This document shows, piece by piece, positions 58,905 through 64,000 of a stretch of 64,000 nt of DNA. Position numbers and translations under genes: made by a program. Source of the DNA: Eledone cirrhosa (taxonomy: Eukaryota). Positions within the stretch are counted from its first letter, which is position 1. Each line of letters begins with the position of its first letter. The notes beneath the pieces were generated by a model that saw nothing but the letters and a program-made list of their open reading frames with translations, was not told the DNA's origin and ran no database searches. Where the stretch lies: assembly GCA_964016885.1 (NCBI GenBank), contig OZ024749.1, positions 1,240,001-1,304,000 of the forward strand. Reading direction: 5' to 3'.

Positions 58905-59444
58905 ATAAAATATTAAACAAATAATGAATAAACAATGAGACAGTTCCTTATATTAAACAAAAAAAGTTCATTATTTAACGATCGTTTCTAGGATATATAT
59001 GTGTTAGAATTAGCATGCATATTCAACAGATCTATGTACAAAATTATACAAAATTATACAAATTATCAAGATTAAATATACATACCAACACATATATACG
59101 CCGTCTTCTGAAGACGGCGTATATATGTGTTGGTATGTATATTTAATCTTGATAGTTTGTATAATTTTGTATAATTTTGTACATAGATCTGTTGAATATG
59201 CATGCTAATTCTAACACATATATATCCTAGAAACGATCGTTAAATAATGAACTTTTTTTGTTTAATATAAGGAACTGTCTCATTGTTTATTCATTATTTG
59301 TTTAATATTTTATCTTGACTCTGTATACCGTTTATCTTTCACCGAAAGTGATTTTTCATTACATCTCTTCTTTCCATGATATCCGGAATACATTGAGTTC
59401 TTCATACGGATTGGACACTACCGTAAACTCTTGGTAGATTTATC

Positions 59445-59445
<1 letters not shown>
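58905..59445. mobile_element. Hammerhead element family E with a 409-bp palindrome
   Basis: 58905-59108 mirrors 59110-59313; CTGAAGA at 59108 and GAAACGATCGTTA at 59230-59242. Confidence 0.75.
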
Positions 59446-59492
<47 letters not shown>

Positions 59493-59542
59493 TATATATA
59501 GAGAGAGAGAGAGAAATATAAATTTGGGTTTTTTCGAATATC

Positions 59543-59799
59543 AATAATAATATTCGATTTGTTTGCAATCATGCAAACAGCTTCTTTAAGCCATGTCAGT
59601 AGAATGATCCTGTCATTCTTGCTCTTATGGTGGCATATAAACAGAACGGCAGACACTAATATTTCTGGGTGATTACCCTTCATCAGTACCGTACACTGCC
59701 TACCTGCCAACTGTCAGAGCTAGTGAAAATGATGGGAGTCATTCTACTCATATGGCTTAAAGAGGCTGTTTGCATGATTGCAAATCGAAAATTATTATT
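59543..59799. mobile_element. Hammerhead-bearing inverted-repeat element, family F
   Basis: About 59543-59627 is inverted (diverged) at about 59716-59799; ribozyme lies between the arms. Confidence 0.7.
59646..59692 (-). ncRNA. Type-I hammerhead ribozyme (family F)
   Basis: Minus strand ACGGUA-CUGAUGA-a-GGGU-aauc-ACCC-a-GAAA-uauuagu-GUC-UGCCGU. Confidence 0.75.
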
Positions 59800-59801
59800 A
59801 A

Positions 59802-60039
59802 CTAGACCACCCCTCACCCATTGGGTCACGTTCACTTAAAAATAATTTTTAAATAATTAAAATATACACAGACATGTATATAATGTGAAATGTAACTGGA
59901 AGGCCCATATATAGGTGTGTGTGTGTATATATATGTGTGTGTGTATGTATATATGTGTGTGTATGTATATATATGTATGTATGTGTGTATATATATATAT
60001 GTGTATGTGTATGTATATATATATATATATGTGTATGTG

Positions 60040-60085
<46 letters not shown>

Positions 60086-60475
60086 GGGGTCTGTCATCTA
60101 TCTACAATGGTCATAGACACACACACACACGTATATATACACACATACTCATATATATACACACACAACACCACCAGCTCTCTCTCTCCCATTCTCTGTC
60201 TCCTCTCCCTCTCTCTATGTCTCTCTTTCAATCTACTCTCTCACAACCACTATCTCCTTCTCTCTATCTTTCTCTCTCTCTCTCTCTGTTTATGAAGGTA
60301 CCTGGAAAAACCCTGTATCTTAGGAACCCGTGGTCTGATTTACGCGAAACTTGTTTTATTCCATTTGTATTCCCATTTCAGGGTCAACTTCCTTTCAATG
60401 TATTTTCCCATTATGTGCCCTTTTGGCTGTGTTACATTACGGACAAGCAATCACAGACTTTTAGTAATATATAGA
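59802..60475 (-). mobile_element. Non-autonomous Helitron containing microsatellites
   Basis: Minus strand A|TCTATATATTACTAAAA ... subterminal hairpin (tcacccattgggtca on +) ... CTAG|T. Confidence 0.7.
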
Positions 60476-60561
60476 TATTTGAAAAACTCATTTACATTTC
60501 TTGTATTCATCTACGTAGAGTGATAGAACTATTTGTTATATATATATTTAGTTATATATAT

Positions 60562-61925
60562 AATTCTTCTTCATGGGGCATAGTCCTCAGTCACACCTTC
60601 CAGCAGGTCCTGTCAGGAGCAACCCTCTCCAAGTGGTCTAACTGGATCCCCAAGTGAGACCAGCCACGCTCATGGATGTTATCCAATAATCTTGCTTGGG
60701 GTTTACCCCTGAGTCTCCTGTCGGTCAGTTCTGTCCATAAAATCTGTCCAGTGATTCTTTGCTGAGACATTCTAACTAGATGCCCATAGTATCAAAGCTG
60801 TAATGTCTCACTTCAGAGAAGTAGCTGCTTTACCTGGAGTGACTCTCTGATCTCCAAGCTATGCACTCTTTCAAGTAACCTTACTCCAAAGACCCCTCAG
60901 AGGAACCCCATTTCAGCCACTTGTATTCACGATCGTATTCTTTAAGCCATTACCCAAGATTCATAACCATAGGTAAGGGTTGGCATGAAAACCGAATTGA
61001 AGACAAAGAGTTTGGCTTTTATGCTACTTCCCTTCTTCTGATTACTGAATGCTGAGGCTGGCACATTATGCACCAACTCCTGCAATTCTTGCACTTAATT
61101 AAGTCTCCTGCCTTCCATCACTCGTGAACACGGCCCCAAGATACTTGAACTTCTCTACCTGCTTCAGTGGAACTTCATTTACATGTAGAGTGCACTGTGC
61201 AGGCTTCCTTGTGAGGACAGGTGTCTCAGTTTTCGCAGCACTGATTTTCATTCCAGCTATGCAGCACTCAGCATCAAACCTATTGAGTGCAAGTTGGATA
61301 TCTGTCAAGTTAAGTAACACCATGTCATCTGCAAATTCCAGCCGACTGATTTTACTCCCGCCAGTCATGATACCACTTCCAACCCAGCTGTGCATGTCAA
61401 TCCTGTTCATGTAAATAATGAACAGGAGAGGTGACAGTACACACCCTTGGCAGAAACCGACTCCCACATTGAATGGTTTCAATTTAGCACCATATATCTA
61501 AACACAAATACTCGGACATTCGTATGGAGACACCAGGGCAACAAGGAGCTGACCATTGGTCCCATACTCCTGAACAACCTTTCACAGCCAGTCTTGAGGA
61601 ACACGGTCACATATATTTTCAAGGTGAACAAACAAGAATATACATCTTGGCAAAACTCCCATAATTTCTCAAAGTCTGCCGCAGTGTGTATATTTGGTCA
61701 GCTATGCTGCATCTGAGGCAGAAACTGCACTGTTCATCAGCTAGCTTCGACTCAACAATTTCCTGCATCTCTTTTCCACACACTTAGCACTTTATCAGGG
61801 AGACTTAACAAGGGAGACCCCTCTGTAATTGGAACAATCTCTCTTGTCTCCCTCTTTGAAAATTGGGATTATCACACCTGATTGCCATTGACTAAGTGCC
61901 TTTCCAGAGATCTAGGCCATCTGGC
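60562..61925 (-). mobile_element. Old degenerate RTE (Expander-like) LINE fragment with (GAA)n tail
   Basis: QGCVLSPLLFIIYM, FADD, MKISAAKTE, VEKFKYLG; many disablements. Confidence 0.85.
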
Positions 61926-62219
61926 ACACATCTACCAATTCTTTAGAGAATCAGGTACAGTCTGCTAGTTTGGAAAGTAAACAATCTATTAATGACCAAG
62001 GTTAATTCCTGTTTTCAATTCAAAAACTTTTTCTGCTTTTAATTTTCTTCATTCTACAAGAATAAAAGTTTCCTTCCCTTTCCTTTTCCTTTTCTTTTTT
62101 TATTTTTGATAGGGGGGGGGGGTGAATACACTTCTCTTCATATGAATTATTCACTCAATATTAAATGTAGGTCTTGGTAATCCAGGACTAAAGTCATTGC
62201 TAGACTATTTGATTATTAT

Positions 62220-62412
62220 AGACGGGCAACCCGGAAGGAGACCCAGATAAAGATCACGAGCAAGATAGTTGGATAACATCCATGAGCTCGACTGGTTTCT
62301 CAGTGGTGCAGGATCAAATGGAGACAGTTGCTTCTAAAAGAACCTGCTGGAAGGAGTGTTTGAGGACTCTGACCCCACAACCCTCTCAGGAATTAGTGGG
62401 TGAAGAAGAAGG
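62220..62412 (+). mobile_element. 3' end of the same old RTE family
   Basis: ttggataacatccatgagc and acctgctggaagg mirror 60590-60690; gaagaagaa tail. Confidence 0.65.
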
Positions 62413-62659
62413 AAGTGGAGGACAAGATACAGTGGCATAGTCATGGTTGTAGAGTTAATAAGTTCTTATATCCACAGTTGTTCAGATCCACACCACTACC
62501 ACTTTATCAATCTACCAATATACCAGTTACATTGAAGTGAGACTATGGTGAAGATACTTGCCTAAGATGGCATGAAGTGGGATTAAAACTACGACCTAAT
62601 AAATGCAAAACAAATTTCTCAACCCTTACCAGTTTATCAATTACCAATATATCAATTAT

Positions 62660-62865
62660 GGCTTCTGATTTAGGCTCAAGGTCAATAATTTGATGGGAGG
62701 GTAAAGTCGATTAAATCGACCCTAGTGTGTTACTGGTATTTTATCTTTCATCTTTACCCGGTAAGGATGAAAGATAAAGCTAACTTTGGTGGCATTACAA
62801 CTCAGAAGGACTGCAACTATATGCTACAATGTATGTTGTCCAATGCTCTACTAATTCTACTGTCA
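62660..62865 (-). mobile_element. Old SINE fragment
   Basis: gtcgattaaatcgacc...actggta...aaggatgaaag; related to 53860-53966. Confidence 0.55.
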
Positions 62866-62933
62866 ACCCACACCCCTTACCAATATACCAATAATAAACA
62901 TTACCACTCTACAGATCAATAACTCTATCATTT

Positions 62934-63490
62934 TACCAATGTACTAACATTCCAGTTATAACTACTACTACTACCACTCTACCACACAACACACTAATAC
63001 CTCTACCAATGTACTAACATTCCAGTTATAACTACTACTACTACCACTCTACCACACAACACACCAATACCTCTACCAATGTACTAACATTCCAGTTATA
63101 ACTACTACTACTACCACTCTACCACACAACACACTAATACCTCTACCAATGTACTAACATTCCAGTTATAACTACTACTACCAGTCTACTACACAACACA
63201 CCAATACCTCTACCAATGTACTAACATTCCAGTTATAACTACTACTACCAGTCTACTACACAACACACCAATACCTCTACCAATGTACTAACATTCCAGT
63301 TATAACTACTACTACCAGTCTACTACACAACACACCAATACCTCTACCAATGTACTAACATTCCAGTTATAACTACTACTACCAGTCTACTACACAACAC
63401 ACTAATACCTCTACCAATGTACTAACATTCCAGTTATAACTACTACTACCAGTCTACTACACAACACACTAATACCTCTACCAATGTACC
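62934..63490. repeat. Minisatellite of three 70-bp units then five 67-bp units
   Basis: gtactaacattccagttataact recurs at 62941, 63011, 63081, 63151, 63218, 63285, 63352, 63419. Confidence 0.95.
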
Positions 63491-64000
63491 AATAATAACC
63501 AACACTGATTTTACTACTTTACTCCTCTACTGTTTTGTCAATATGACAATGAACCAATTCTAAGAACTCTCACTCTACACATCAATACCACTACAATTTT
63601 ATCAACCCCCTAAGGTAACATTTATAAGCACTAAAGCTCTACATCTTTGCACGTCAATATCTCTACTTTATCAACCTTCTAAGGTACCAGTAATAAAGAA
63701 ATACCATCAAATACCTCTACCATTTTATCAAGTTACAAATATACCAGACATAATAACTACAACCCAACACCTCTTCCATTTTATGAGCCTACTAATGTAC
63801 CAGTAATAAGGTCTACCACACAAAACTTCTACCAATTAATTAACTTACCAATGTACCAGATATAAACTGACATTATTACCAATGTATCAGGTATAAACAC
63901 TACATCTCTACCAATGTACCAGGTATAAACCCTACAAATCTACAATTGTACCAGCTATAAACACTACATCTCTACCATTGTACCAGGTATAAACACTACA
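63491..64000. repeat. Degenerate ~33-bp tandem repeat (ccaatgtaccaggtataaacactacatctcta)
   Basis: Recurring accaatgtacca; related to the adjacent minisatellite. Confidence 0.75.

Noticed and set aside
62934-63490. CRISPR-like periodicity
   Set aside because: Units are wholly repeated with no unique spacers; eukaryotic context with no cas genes

Overview
Eukaryotic, extremely repeat-rich DNA, probably octopus/coleoid cephalopod (inferred from the SINE/RTE families and giant (TA)n arrays; not verified). Roughly half the window is degenerate (TA/CA)n microsatellite, which produces the spurious poly-Y/I/H/C ORFs. The only host gene signal is the 70-nt first coding exon of Rab6 (minus strand, 53428-53497). 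I found no exon 2, so bases 1-53427 are probably one giant intron. Inserted among the arrays are: one intact RTE-clade LINE (APE + RT with a PHD-like finger inside the RT), many RTE fragments, three 5'-truncated CR1-group LINEs, a Tx1/L1-like 3' end in (GATA)n, tRNA-derived SINEs, a deleted mariner and a non-autonomous Helitron. The most notable unannotated signal is at least six unrelated families of short non-coding elements carrying minimal type-I hammerhead ribozyme motifs. Most are inverted duplications, like Penelope pseudo-LTRs. One is a ~418-bp tandem array with one ribozyme per unit (retrozyme-like), and one is a 409-bp palindrome centred on the ribozyme core.
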